A stretch of 64,000 nucleotides of DNA from positions 166,001-230,000 of the forward strand of contig CAVYZK010000001.1 in NCBI GenBank assembly GCA_963772935.1, in the 5' to 3' direction. Position numbers and translations under genes: made by a program. This DNA comes from an uncultured Alphaproteobacteria bacterium (GTDB lineage Bacteria; Pseudomonadota; Alphaproteobacteria; Rhodobacterales; Rhodobacteraceae). This document shows, in pieces, positions 1 to 9,522 of the stretch; the first letter of the stretch is position 1, and each line of letters starts with the position of its first letter. The notes below the pieces were generated by a model, which saw only the letters and a program-made list of their open reading frames with translations, was not told where the DNA came from and did not search any database.

Positions 1-219
1 CGAAAAGATGGGGGTGGTCAGTACGGCAGCGCTGATCCATCTGCTTGGCCGCGCCGACATCGGCTGACGCGGCCCGCCCTCCTCGCCCCGCCATAGCGAA
101 CCTTCGCGATAGACCATCTGGCCTGCGTCCCTGTATCGCTTTCTGAGTGGCGCATATCAAGACGCCCAGCCGCATGGCGCTTTCAAAGCGCCGGCGGCCA
201 AGATCGGGGGGAAAAGGCC

Positions 220-1269
220 GTGATCCAGAATCCATTCTATGGCCCCCAGATGCAGGGCGACTTCAAGCTTTTCGATCTGGGCAAATTGATCCTCGAAAGT
301 GGGGAAACGCTGCGCGGTGTCAAGCTGGCCTATCGCACGTTTGGCACCCTGAACGCAGCAAAGTCTAACGCCGTGCTGGTGACCACCTGGTTTTCCGGCA
401 CCGGCAAGGTGATGCAGGATGTCTATGTCGGGTCGGGCCACGCCCTTGATCCGGATCGCTATTTCATCGTGATCGTGGATCAGTTGGGCAGCGGCGTATC
501 GACCTCGCCGCATAACACACCCGCCCCGCAGTCGATGGCGAAATTCCCTATCCTGTCGATCGGGGATGATGTCCGGGCGCAGCGCCGGTTGCTGACGGAC
601 GTGTTTGGTATTGAACGGTTGGCTCTTGTTGTGGGCGGGTCGATGGGTGGGCAACAGGTCTATGAATGGGCTGTGGCCCACCCGGAAGCCGTCGAACGCG
701 CGGCCGTGCTTGCGGCCACAGCGCGTATCTCGCTGCATCAGCGGGTGTTCGTGGCAACGCTGATTGAAGCCATCACCTCTGATCCGGCATGGGCTGGCGG
801 GTGGTATGCGTCAGGGCTTTATGTGCGCGACGGCATGGACCGGATGGCGCGGATCGTGGCCACGGCAGGCTGGTCGGCGCAGTTCTATCAGGAAGAACGC
901 TGGCGCAGCATTCTGGGCATGTCATCGTTGGACGACTTCATTAACGGCGTGATGAAAGCCTATTTTGAACCGATGGATCCAAACGCTCTGCTGTGCCAGA
1001 TGCACAAATGGCAGCGTGCCGATGTGTCGCGCCATGCGGACGGCGATCTGGCGGCGGCTCTTTCGCGGATTACGGCGAAAACCATGGTCCTGCCGATCAG
1101 CCACGATCTGTTCTTTCCGCCGCCGGAATGTGAGGCCGACAGCGTGCTTGTGCCGCGCGCGCTTTTCCGGGTGATCCAGTCGCCTGAAGGCCACATGGGG
1201 CTGAATGGGTTTGAACCCGGCTACATGATCCAAGTGGACCGCCATCTGACCGAACTGCTGTCAACCTGA
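220..1269 (+). CDS. alpha/beta-fold hydrolase, homoserine O-acetyltransferase (MetX)-like family
   Basis: 349-aa ORF with a MetX-like N-terminal region 'LAYRTFGTLNAAKSNAVLVTTWFSG' and nucleophile elbow 'GGSMGG'. GTG start at 220; an ATG alternative lies at 250. Clear paralog of the ORF at 62229-63278. Confidence 0.7.
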   Translation: MIQNPFYGPQMQGDFKLFDLGKLILESGETLRGVKLAYRTFGTLNAAKSNAVLVTTWFSGTGKVMQDVYVGSGHALDPDRYFIVIVDQLGSGVSTSPHNTPAPQSMAKFPILSIGDDVRAQRRLLTDVFGIERLALVVGGSMGGQQVYEWAVAHPEAVERAAVLAATARISLHQRVFVATLIEAITSDPAWAGGWYASGLYVRDGMDRMARIVATAGWSAQFYQEERWRSILGMSSLDDFINGVMKAYFEPMDPNALLCQMHKWQRADVSRHADGDLAAALSRITAKTMVLPISHDLFFPPPECEADSVLVPRALFRVIQSPEGHMGLNGFEPGYMIQVDRHLTELLST

Positions 1270-1361
1270 CCGAGCCAAATGCAAGACAACCAACCTCAAA
1301 GCGCGCTTTGGGGACCGGATGGGGCATGCCTGCCCCGCTCACCACGCCGAGGGAGGCGACG

Positions 1362-2150
1362 ATGAACCAGACCACGGACAAGGCCCTGAATGTGCGGGGG
1401 GCGACCAAGACCTACGGCACAGGGTCAGGCGGTATTCACGCGCTGAAGGATGTGGACCTGACGGTAAGGCAGGGCGAGTTCATTTCCATCGTCGGCCCGT
1501 CGGGTTGTGGCAAAACCACCCTGCTGTGGTCGATTGCCGGGTTGCACCGGCTGACTTCAGGGGCGATTGCCTTGGGCGAAGAATTCATCACCGGCCCGCA
1601 CCCCAGCATCGGCATGATGTTCCAAGAGGCGAATTTGCTGCCGTGGCGGTCGATCCGCAAGAACATTGAGCTGCCCTTTGAAATCCGCAAACGCCGCCCG
1701 GATACGGCCCGGATCGACGGCTTGCTGGGCCGCGTGGGCCTTGGTGGTTTTGGCGACAAGATGCCGCGTGAACTGTCAGGCGGCATGCAACAGCGCGCGT
1801 CCATTGTGCGGGCTTTGGCAAGCGATCCGACGGTTCTGTTGATGGACGAACCCTTTGGCGCGCTGGACGCCTTCACCCGCGATGAGATGAACAAACTCGT
1901 CGAAGAAATCTGGCTGGAATCGCGCAAGACGGTGATCCTGATCACGCATTCCATCGCCGAGGCCGTGTTTCTGGCCGACAAGGTTTACATCATGTCGGCG
2001 CGTCCGGGCCAGATTTCGCGTGTGGTCGATGTGCCGTTTGCGCGACCACGGTCGCTAAACTTGATGGAAACCCGAGACTTCTTCGATCTCGTCAACCTCA
2101 TCAAACACGACATTCAGCACCAGCCAAATGTGGCAAGGGGGGCAGCATGA
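1362..2150 (+). CDS. ABC transporter ATP-binding protein, NitT/TauT (nitrate/sulfonate/taurine) family
   Basis: Walker A 'GPSGCGKTT', signature 'LSGGMQQR', Walker B 'LLMDEPFGALD'. ATG 1362 is preceded by GGGAGG (1351-1356). The track start at 1308 is judged an upstream extension. Confidence 0.85.
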   Translation: MNQTTDKALNVRGATKTYGTGSGGIHALKDVDLTVRQGEFISIVGPSGCGKTTLLWSIAGLHRLTSGAIALGEEFITGPHPSIGMMFQEANLLPWRSIRKNIELPFEIRKRRPDTARIDGLLGRVGLGGFGDKMPRELSGGMQQRASIVRALASDPTVLLMDEPFGALDAFTRDEMNKLVEEIWLESRKTVILITHSIAEAVFLADKVYIMSARPGQISRVVDVPFARPRSLNLMETRDFFDLVNLIKHDIQHQPNVARGAA

Positions 2151-2953
2151 CCCAGAACAACACCGGTATCGCCACGCCGACAGGGCTTGCCAGCGGCCTT
2201 GGCGGGCAGGGTCTGCGCGAAGTGATCGCCATCATCGCGGTCGCCGTCATCGTCATCGGCGGTGGAGAGTTTCTGCTGCGGTTCTTCGAAGTGCCTCAGT
2301 ACATCTTGCCCACACCGTCCGCCATCGCTGCCGTGTTTGGGTCGGACGAGATGTCAACGATTGGCCAGCACTATGCTTACACGCTGATCGAGCTGTTTTC
2401 GGGCTATGCCATCGGGGCGTCCGCCGGGTTGGTGCTGGCAGCGGTGATTACCCAGTTTCCTTTCGTTGAAAAGGTGATCACGCCGTACATCCTGCTGCTG
2501 GTCACAACGCCGATGTTGGCGCTGGTGCCGCTGCTGATCCTCAACTTCGGTTTCGGCTTCACTCCCCGGATCATTGCTGTGGCTCTGGCCTCTGGGCCGA
2601 TGGTGATGATCAACGCGGCCACCGGGTTCCGGCGTGTAGACACCATGAAGATTGCACTTGCGCGGTCTTGCGGGGCATCAACGCTGCAAATTTTCACGAA
2701 AATCCGTATCCCGATGGCAATGCCGATGGTGATCGTCGGTCTGATGATCGGCGCGATTTTCGGGATGATCACCGCCGTTGGTGCGGAAATGTCAGGCGGC
2801 GGGTTTGGGCTTGGCAGCCGCTTGACCACCTATTCGTCGACCCTGCGGATGCCAGAGTTTTTTGCCTGCATCCTGATCCTCGCGGTCACCGGCATCACAA
2901 TTTACGCGTTCTTCTTCTGGCTGGGCAAGAAGCTGGCCGGTTGGGAAAGCTGA
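2147..2953 (+). CDS. ABC transporter permease, NitT/TauT family
   Basis: 268-aa polytopic hydrophobic protein. ATGA start/stop overlap with the upstream ATPase (2147-2150). Confidence 0.85.
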   Translation: MTQNNTGIATPTGLASGLGGQGLREVIAIIAVAVIVIGGGEFLLRFFEVPQYILPTPSAIAAVFGSDEMSTIGQHYAYTLIELFSGYAIGASAGLVLAAVITQFPFVEKVITPYILLLVTTPMLALVPLLILNFGFGFTPRIIAVALASGPMVMINAATGFRRVDTMKIALARSCGASTLQIFTKIRIPMAMPMVIVGLMIGAIFGMITAVGAEMSGGGFGLGSRLTTYSSTLRMPEFFACILILAVTGITIYAFFFWLGKKLAGWES

Positions 2954-3032
2954 CGCCTGACACGGGCGGAGCCGCCGCATCTGCCTGAACAACCCAAAAC
3001 CTGCGGCACATCATTTCACGGGAGGAAAGCTG

Positions 3033-4196
3033 ATGACCATTCAGAACATGACGCGTCGCCGCCTGCTGCAAGTCAGCGCCAGCGGTCTTGTGACCACCAC
3101 CATTCTTGGCGGCGGCCTGCTGCGCCACGGCACGGCGCAGGCTGCGCCCTACGCCGAAAAATTCACCTGGATTTCGCCGCGCGGCACGATCGAGGTGATG
3201 GATGACTACCCCTATTGGGTGGCGAAAGAGATGGGCTACTTCGGCGATCTGGGCGTGGAAACTGCGATGGAGCCGGGTCCGTCCGATGGCACGGCTGTGG
3301 TGAAGTTCCTCGCCGTCGAACAGGCCGACATCGGCTTTCCGTCGCCGGGCGTGCTTTCGTTTGCGGTGAATGCCGGGATGGATCTCGTGTCAATCTATGG
3401 CAGCGGCTATCTGGACCTGTTCAACATCGCCTTCCGCAAAGGCGAAGGCATGGCCGATCTGAAAGGGTTGGAGGGCAAGACGGTTCTGCTGGGCTCTGCC
3501 GCGTGGCAGGCCATCGCGGACCCGATGTTTGCCGCCGTGGGCGTGGACCCTAAAAAGATCACCTATGTCGAGGCGGGCTGGCCCACATGGACCACAGCGC
3601 TGGCGGGTGGACAGGGCGATGCCTGCCTTGCATGGGAAGGCCTGCGCGCCGATCTGGGTGCCAAGGGGCTGGACTTTGATTATTGGTTGGGCATGCGCGG
3701 GTCACCCCTGCCGTCAAACTCGCTGGTCGTGCGGCGGGCCGATCTGGACGACCCGGAAAGACTGGCGTTCCTGCGGAAATATCTGCGAGGCTGGGCCATG
3801 GGCAGCGAATTTGCCGACCGCAACCCGCGTGCCGCCGCCGAGATTGTGTTCAAGGCGCTGCCGACCACCCGCGCCAATTATGGCCCGCGCGCAGGCACCG
3901 AAAGCCTGATGCAGATTCACCGCACCTTCAAGGGCGACATGACCAAGCGCGCAGGCTGGGGTGAACATGACATTCCGGCATGGGACAGCTTTTTCAAGAT
4001 CCTCAAGGTCATCGGCATGTCCGGCATAGACATCGACACGGCGCGCTATGTGACCAATGACTACATCGCCGAGGCAAATGCCTTTGACAGGGCTGCGGTC
4101 CATGCCGATGCGGATGCCTATGCTTTGCCCGACGATCTGGCTGCCATCGACATGGCGGATGTCGAGGCGAAGTTCTACGGCAACGTCATCAACTGA
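3033..4196 (+). CDS. ABC transporter substrate-binding protein (NMT1/THI5-like), Tat-exported
   Basis: Twin-arginine signal 'MTRRRLLQVSASG...GTAQA', GGGAGGA Shine-Dalgarno upstream, and its position after the ATPase and permease. Confidence 0.7.
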   Translation: MTIQNMTRRRLLQVSASGLVTTTILGGGLLRHGTAQAAPYAEKFTWISPRGTIEVMDDYPYWVAKEMGYFGDLGVETAMEPGPSDGTAVVKFLAVEQADIGFPSPGVLSFAVNAGMDLVSIYGSGYLDLFNIAFRKGEGMADLKGLEGKTVLLGSAAWQAIADPMFAAVGVDPKKITYVEAGWPTWTTALAGGQGDACLAWEGLRADLGAKGLDFDYWLGMRGSPLPSNSLVVRRADLDDPERLAFLRKYLRGWAMGSEFADRNPRAAAEIVFKALPTTRANYGPRAGTESLMQIHRTFKGDMTKRAGWGEHDIPAWDSFFKILKVIGMSGIDIDTARYVTNDYIAEANAFDRAAVHADADAYALPDDLAAIDMADVEAKFYGNVIN

Positions 4197-4202
4197 GTTT
4201 CG

Positions 4203-4224
4203 CGCGCGCCCGGTACGGCGCGCG
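4203..4224 (+). terminator. GC-rich hairpin just after the binding-protein stop (8-bp stem CGCGCGCC/GGCGCGCG, 6-nt loop)
   Basis: Inverted repeat read directly from the sequence. There is no U-tract, so terminator function is uncertain. It lies between convergent genes. Confidence 0.3.
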
Positions 4225-4521
4225 ACCTGCTGCACGAAGCGAATTTGGTGGCCGGGCAGGCACCGCACCGATTGGCGGCGTGCGCCCTCGCCGGACGCGT
4301 ACTCCCAGTGTCCGGCGAGGCTTTTTCATCCGGGCAAGATGCTGCGCAACAAGCCCGGGATGAACTGGCCTTTGGCGACACAAGGCCGGGCAGATATACG
4401 CAGCGACGCAAACCTTGACGCTGGCCCACCCGCACAACATGCGGATGCGGGCTTTATAACCCTTGCCATGTGACTAGATACCGCCCGAGCCTGTCCGCAG
4501 TTCCAGTTCCGACGCGATGTC

Positions 4522-5292
4522 TTAGTGCAAGCCGAACTCTGCCATCAACCTTTTCCGCATCGCAACGAACTGCGGCTCGCTGCGTTCTCTGGGGCGCCGC
4601 AGGTCAATGTCGATCAGGCGGGGCACGGCCTCTTTTTCCTTCGGCAGCACCAACACCCGGTCAGCAAGATAGATCGCCTCTTCCAGATCATGTGTCACCA
4701 GGATCATCGTCACCCGTTCCTCGCGCCAGATACGGGCCAGTTCTTCCTGCATGGTCAGTTTGGTCATTGCGTCAAGCGCGCCAAGGGGTTCGTCCAGCAG
4801 CAGGATTTCCGGTTGCACCGTAAGCGCCCTTGCAATGCCCACCCGCTGCGCCATTCCACCCGAGAGTTGGCGGGGAAAGGCATCCTCGAACTCCGTCAGG
4901 CCAACGAGGCGAATGTAATGGCGGGCGCGACGTTCGGCTTCAACCTTGGGCGTGCCTCGGACCTGAAGGCCGAAGGCAGTGTTGCCAAGCACCGTCAACC
5001 AAGGCAGCAGCCGCGGTTCCTGAAAGATTATGGCGCGTTCGGTGCCTACGCCTTGCACCGGATGGCCGTCGATCAGCACCTCGCCACGGTCGGGGGCCTC
5101 CAGTCCCGCCAAGACACGCAACAGCGTGGTCTTGCCGCAACCCGACGGGCCGACAATCGCGAGGGACTCGCCCGATTGCACTTCAAGGTTAAGGTCTCGC
5201 AGGACATTCAGACGCTGGCCGTTCAGCGCAAAACCTTTGGAGAGGTCACGAATGGTGACCTCTCCACGGCGGGTCGTTTCCACCACGCTCAT
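4522..5292 (-). CDS. ABC transporter ATP-binding protein, SsuB/TauB-like
   Basis: 'GPSGCGKTTLL', 'LSGGMAQR', 'LLLDEPLGALD'. Start taken at 'MSVVETT' (ATG 5292), 10 nt downstream of the binding-protein gene. The track start at 5742 overlaps that gene and is rejected. Confidence 0.85.
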   Translation of the reverse strand: MSVVETTRRGEVTIRDLSKGFALNGQRLNVLRDLNLEVQSGESLAIVGPSGCGKTTLLRVLAGLEAPDRGEVLIDGHPVQGVGTERAIIFQEPRLLPWLTVLGNTAFGLQVRGTPKVEAERRARHYIRLVGLTEFEDAFPRQLSGGMAQRVGIARALTVQPEILLLDEPLGALDAMTKLTMQEELARIWREERVTMILVTHDLEEAIYLADRVLVLPKEKEAVPRLIDIDLRRPRERSEPQFVAMRKRLMAEFGLH

Positions 5293-5302
5293 CTGCCCTG
5301 CC

Positions 5303-6277
5303 TCAGTTCGTAGCCGGGCTGTCGCCGGTGACATAGAGAATGTCCTTGGCCGCAAGTTTGCCCTGCGGAATCGCGCCCTGACGCTCCAGCACGTCGATCC
5401 AGAACTGGATATCGCGTTCGACCGGCAAGCCACCCGCCCGTACGCCATACCCGGCAAAGTACTTGGCAACCTCGGCATTCTCGCCCCTCTCGGCCAGCAC
5501 GCGGGCAAAGATCTCACGGGTTTCTTCGGGGTGCTCGCGCGCATAGTCGAGGGCCTTGACCGAGCCATCGACGAAGGCCTTGGCCTCGGTCGGGTGCGCG
5601 TCGATCCAGTCACGGCGCAGAACGATAAAGCCGCCTGCGATTTCGCCCAGAACGTCGGTGTCATCGAACACTGCACGCAGGCCGCCGGTTTGCAGGGCAG
5701 CCCCGGTGAAGGTGGTCTGCCAGTATCCGAAGGCCGACACATCCACTTGCTTGGACCGCAAGACCTGTTCCAGTTGCGGCCCCGGCACGACGATCAGGTT
5801 GGCCGCATCTTCGGGCAGGCCCTTCTGGTGCAACGCTTCGCGCACCGTATAATCAAGATGCGCGCCGAGGGTGTTCACGGCGATGGTCTTGCCGACGATA
5901 TCCTCGACCGTCTTGATCGGGCTGTCTTCAAGGACATAGAACACCGACTGAACCTCATCGTTGATGCCGTTCGACGGAAAGGCCGCCACAAAGTCATTGC
6001 CCGCAGCGATGGAGTTGATGACGGCGGCGGTCGCGGCCGATCCCAGTTCCACGCTGCCCCCGGCAAGTGCCACCAGCGAGGCGGGGCCACCCTGGGCGTA
6101 GCCTACATTTTCCAGCGTGATGCCGGTGCCATCGAAATAGCCAAGCTCGGCGGCCAATTCCTGGGCGTTCAGACCACCTTGGCTGGCCAGATAGCGGATG
6201 GTCACATCGGCAAAGGCGGGGGTGAGGGTCAGGCCAAAGGCCGTGGAGAGGGCAAGTGTGCGAAGGGAGAGGGTCAT
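5303..6277 (-). CDS. aliphatic sulfonate/taurine-type ABC substrate-binding protein (SsuA/TauA-like)
   Basis: Sec signal 'MTLSLRTLALSTAFGLTLTPAFA' and position between the permease and ATPase genes of a NitT/TauT system. Confidence 0.75.
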   Translation of the reverse strand: MTLSLRTLALSTAFGLTLTPAFADVTIRYLASQGGLNAQELAAELGYFDGTGITLENVGYAQGGPASLVALAGGSVELGSAATAAVINSIAAGNDFVAAFPSNGINDEVQSVFYVLEDSPIKTVEDIVGKTIAVNTLGAHLDYTVREALHQKGLPEDAANLIVVPGPQLEQVLRSKQVDVSAFGYWQTTFTGAALQTGGLRAVFDDTDVLGEIAGGFIVLRRDWIDAHPTEAKAFVDGSVKALDYAREHPEETREIFARVLAERGENAEVAKYFAGYGVRAGGLPVERDIQFWIDVLERQGAIPQGKLAAKDILYVTGDSPATN

Positions 6278-6313
6278 TTGAGTTATCCTTTGGATTGTGA
6301 AGACGTTATGGGT

Positions 6314-7159
6314 TCAGTTCGGCGTCACGGCCCAGCGGCAGAGGCGGCTCTGCAACGCGACGAGAAGGGCGTTGGCGGCCAGACCCAGCAGCGCCAGCAG
6401 CAGAATTGCCGCGAACATCTGGGGGATCTGAAAGTTGTATTGGGCGTTCATCACCTGAAACCCGAGGCCCTTGTTCGCGCCGATCATCTCGGCCGCGATG
6501 AGCAGCAGCAGCGCCGTTGTGGCCGACAGGCGCAGGCCGACAAAGATCGACGGCACCGAGGCTGGCAAGATCACGCGGGCAAAGATCGTCACGCGGCGGG
6601 CCCCGAAGGTCGCGGCCATCTCGATCAGCTTGCGGTCCACTTCCTTGACCCCGCCGATGGTGGCCAGAAGGATCGGGAACAACGTGGCCCAGAAGATCAC
6701 AAATACCTTTGACGCCTCGCCCAGACCCAGCAGCAGGATGAAGACGGGGTAGAGCGCAAGGGCCGAGGTTTGGCGGAAAAATTGCAGGATCGGGTCCAAC
6801 GCTTGTTCAACCGCGCGGATCTGCCCCATGAACAGCCCCAGCGGGATGCCAAGGGCAATGGCGGCAGCAAATGCAATGCCCGACCGTTGCAGACTGATGG
6901 CGATATCATCCAGCAGCGCCCCGCCGACAACGCCTGCCCATGTGGCGGCAAGAATCTTGTCCAACGGCGGGAAGACCGTGGGGTTGATCCAGCCGAAGCT
7001 GGAGCCGAGTTGCCAGAAGCCGAGGAAGCCGATCAGCACGCCATAGCGGCTGAGGGCTGATTTTGCCCAAGCCACCCCCCGGCTCAGCGCAGGCGCTGCA
7101 CCGGGGAGGACTTCAACAGGCCGCGACCGTGAGGAGGTATCGAAGCTCTGGAAGGTCAT
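6314..7159 (-). CDS. ABC transporter permease, SsuC-like
   Basis: 281-aa polytopic protein. ATGA overlap with the upstream monooxygenase stop (7156-7159). Confidence 0.8.
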   Translation of the reverse strand: MTFQSFDTSSRSRPVEVLPGAAPALSRGVAWAKSALSRYGVLIGFLGFWQLGSSFGWINPTVFPPLDKILAATWAGVVGGALLDDIAISLQRSGIAFAAAIALGIPLGLFMGQIRAVEQALDPILQFFRQTSALALYPVFILLLGLGEASKVFVIFWATLFPILLATIGGVKEVDRKLIEMAATFGARRVTIFARVILPASVPSIFVGLRLSATTALLLLIAAEMIGANKGLGFQVMNAQYNFQIPQMFAAILLLALLGLAANALLVALQSRLCRWAVTPN

Positions 7160-8517
7160 GGGATCACTCCGCCGCTAAAGCCGAGCGGCGCTGTGCCGCC
7201 CAGCGGGTTTCGGGAAACGGAAGGCCAAGATTTTCGCGCAGGGTCCGGCCTTCGTAGGCGGTGCGGAACAGGCCCGCGCCGTTGCAGTTCCGGGATGACG
7301 AGGTTGACGAAATCCGTAAGGCCGGTCGGCAACCAGGGCGGCAGGATGTTGAACCCGTCCGCACCTTCGTTGTGGAACCAGTCTTCAAGAATATCGACGA
7401 TCTGCACCGCCGTGCCGACCACGGTGAAATGCCCCCGCGCGCTGGCGACGTGCTGATAGAGCTGACGAATGGTAAATCCGTTTTCATCGGCAATCTGGCG
7501 GATCAGCGCCTGACGGGACTTCATCCCTTCCGTCGGCGCGACGGGTGGCAGCGGGCCGTCAAGGTCCACGCCCGTCAGGTCAAGCGTGCCGCCGGTCAGG
7601 CCCTTGATCAGCGCGATGCCGTCTTCCTCCAGGATCAGGCTGGTCAGGCGGTCGTATTTCTCGCGCGCTTCCGCCTCGGACCGACCCACGAAGGGCGAGA
7701 CGCCGGGCATGACAAGGATGTGGTCGGGGTTGCGGCCAAGACCACGGGCCCGCGCCTTGATGTCGCGGTAAAACTCCTGAGCCGTGTCCAGTTTTTGATG
7801 CGCGGTAAAGATGACCTCGGCGGTCGCCGCCGCCAGACCACGCCCGTCGTCCGACTGCCCGGCCTGCACGATCACCGGATGGCCCTGGGGCGAGCGGCTG
7901 ACGTTGAGGGGGCCCTTGACCTTGAAATGCTCGCCCTTGTGGTCAGTGTGATGGACCTTTTCAGGCTCAAAGAACCGACCTGACGCTTTGTCGCGCAGGA
8001 AAACGTCATCTTCGAAACTCTCCCACAGTTGCTTGACGACATCGACATGTTCCGCCGCGCGTTTGTAGCGGGTGGCGTGGGGGTGCTGCTGGTCGAGGTT
8101 GAAGTTGTGAGCGGCGCTTTCCGTGGCGGTGGTCACCACGTTCCACCCGGCCCTGCCGTCACTGATCAGGTCCAGCGAGGCGAACTTGCGGGCGGTGTTG
8201 TAGGGTTCTTCATAGGTGGTCGAGGCTGTGGCGATAAAGCCGATGTTCTTGGTCAGCGGGGCAAGGGCCGAAAACAAGGTGACCGGTTCAAACCCCGCGA
8301 CTTTGGCATTGCCGCCCTCTATTCCGCCGCCAAAGGCGATGGCCAGACTGTCGGCCAGAAAATAGGCGTCGAACAGCCCGCGCTCGGCCTCTTTCGCCAG
8401 TTCAAGGTGGAAGGCAAAGCTGGTGGCACCGTCAGCCGGGCTGTCGGGGTGGCGCCAGGCGGCGATATGCTGGCCACCACCGGGAAGAAACGCGCCAAGG
8501 CGAATTTTGCGGGTCAT
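7156..8517 (-). CDS. LLM-class FMNH2-dependent monooxygenase (NtaA/SnaA/DszA family)
   Basis: N-terminus 'MTRKIRLGAFLPGGGQHIAAWRHP' and a 453-aa length typical of this family. ATGA overlaps at both ends. The track start at 8706 is rejected because it overlaps the upstream gene. Confidence 0.85.
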   Translation of the reverse strand: MTRKIRLGAFLPGGGQHIAAWRHPDSPADGATSFAFHLELAKEAERGLFDAYFLADSLAIAFGGGIEGGNAKVAGFEPVTLFSALAPLTKNIGFIATASTTYEEPYNTARKFASLDLISDGRAGWNVVTTATESAAHNFNLDQQHPHATRYKRAAEHVDVVKQLWESFEDDVFLRDKASGRFFEPEKVHHTDHKGEHFKVKGPLNVSRSPQGHPVIVQAGQSDDGRGLAAATAEVIFTAHQKLDTAQEFYRDIKARARGLGRNPDHILVMPGVSPFVGRSEAEAREKYDRLTSLILEEDGIALIKGLTGGTLDLTGVDLDGPLPPVAPTEGMKSRQALIRQIADENGFTIRQLYQHVASARGHFTVVGTAVQIVDILEDWFHNEGADGFNILPPWLPTGLTDFVNLVIPELQRRGPVPHRLRRPDPARKSWPSVSRNPLGGTAPLGFSGGVIP

Positions 8518-9449
8518 GATTTTGCTCCTTCTACGGGGGCTACGGCGGGCTTGATGCGGGGGCGGCTCTGCACACCGGTCACACCCACCGGCACATCGCC
8601 CGCGATGGTGACGCGGCGCACGATGCGGTGGGCATCGCCATAGTCGTTCACCGCGTAATGCTGCGTGGCGCGGTTGTCCCAGATCACCACGTCGCCCGCC
8701 TGCCAACGCCAGCGCACGGTGTTTTCCGGCGCGGTCACATAGGTTTGCAGCAGGTCATAGACCTTGGTGGATTCGTCGCGCGACAGACCCTCGATCCGTT
8801 TGACAAAGCTGCCAAGCAGCAGGGTCCGCTCGGTGGTTTCGGGGTGGACGCGGACCACGGGATGTTCGGTCTCAAACACGGTCGAGGCGAAAACTTCGGC
8901 GTGATAGGCTTGGTCAACCTCCCGCGCGCGGGGGCGCAGCGCGGCATAGTCATAAGCGTTGGAATGCACAGCGGTCAGGCTTTCGGCCAGTTGCTTGAGG
9001 GGGGCAGGCAGATCGTCATACGCCGTGGCCGTGTTGGCCCAGATCGTATCCCCCCCAACCGGCGGAATGGCGACGCCGCGCAGGACGGATGCCTTTGGAT
9101 AGGCCTCTACAAAGGTAACGTCGGTATGCCACTGGTCCGCACGCCCGCCACCCTTGCTGGAGTTCAGTTCCAGGATCGAAGCCGTGCCCGAGACGATGGC
9201 TTGCGTCGGATGTGGCGCGAGGTCGCCAAAGCGCAGGGCAAGACGTTCCTGTTCGCCGTCGTCCAGATGCGACTGCCCCCGGAAGAACAGCACCTTATAG
9301 CGCAGCAACGCGTCCCAGACCGCGTCGATGACGGGCTGGGGCAGGTCTCCGCCAAGCCGCAGATTGCGGATTTCGGCACCAATGCGCGGGGTCAGTGGGG
9401 CGATATCGTCCTGCGGGATGACAGTGGAAAAGCTTTCGTGGCGCGTCAT
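8514..9449 (-). CDS. TauD/TfdA-family Fe(II)/2-oxoglutarate dioxygenase
   Basis: 'WHTDVTF' HxD metal motif and the C-terminal 'VIWDNRATQHYA' motif. Start at 'MTRHESF' (ATG 9449). Confidence 0.85.
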   Translation of the reverse strand: MTRHESFSTVIPQDDIAPLTPRIGAEIRNLRLGGDLPQPVIDAVWDALLRYKVLFFRGQSHLDDGEQERLALRFGDLAPHPTQAIVSGTASILELNSSKGGGRADQWHTDVTFVEAYPKASVLRGVAIPPVGGDTIWANTATAYDDLPAPLKQLAESLTAVHSNAYDYAALRPRAREVDQAYHAEVFASTVFETEHPVVRVHPETTERTLLLGSFVKRIEGLSRDESTKVYDLLQTYVTAPENTVRWRWQAGDVVIWDNRATQHYAVNDYGDAHRIVRRVTIAGDVPVGVTGVQSRPRIKPAVAPVEGAKS

Positions 9450-9522
9450 GATGCGGTCCTTTCGGGTGTAGAGGGACGGCCCCGCCAAAGGGCGGGCTCG
9501 GGGCACTGGGGTTTGAAACGGT

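Noticed and set aside
1-67. Possible 3' end of a plus-strand gene ('...MGVVSTAALIHLLGRADIG*', stop at 65-67).
   Set aside because: It is too short to identify or to distinguish from chance.
5030-6712. Very long ORFs antisense to well-supported genes: 5030-6712 (+), 12026-13198 (+), 14123-15286 (+), 18899-20356 (-), 23824-25182 (+), 27662-29344 (+), 37289-38698 (+), 40319-41626 (+), 43793-45016 (+) and many shorter ones.
   Set aside because: Their translations are Arg/Gly/Pro/His-rich with no motifs. Each is fully shadowed by a gene with clear family signatures on the other strand. This is the usual open-frame artefact of high-GC DNA.
7156-8706. Long N-terminal extensions in the ORF track, for example 7156-8706, 8514-9677, 4522-5742, 13111-14148, 17911-18969, 24886-26073, 31155-32810, 40093-42306, 51819-53297 and 59538-61382.
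   Set aside because: The extensions overlap the upstream gene and translate to low-complexity sequence. Internal ATG/GTG codons with Shine-Dalgarno motifs or ATGA/GTGA coupling give lengths that fit each family.
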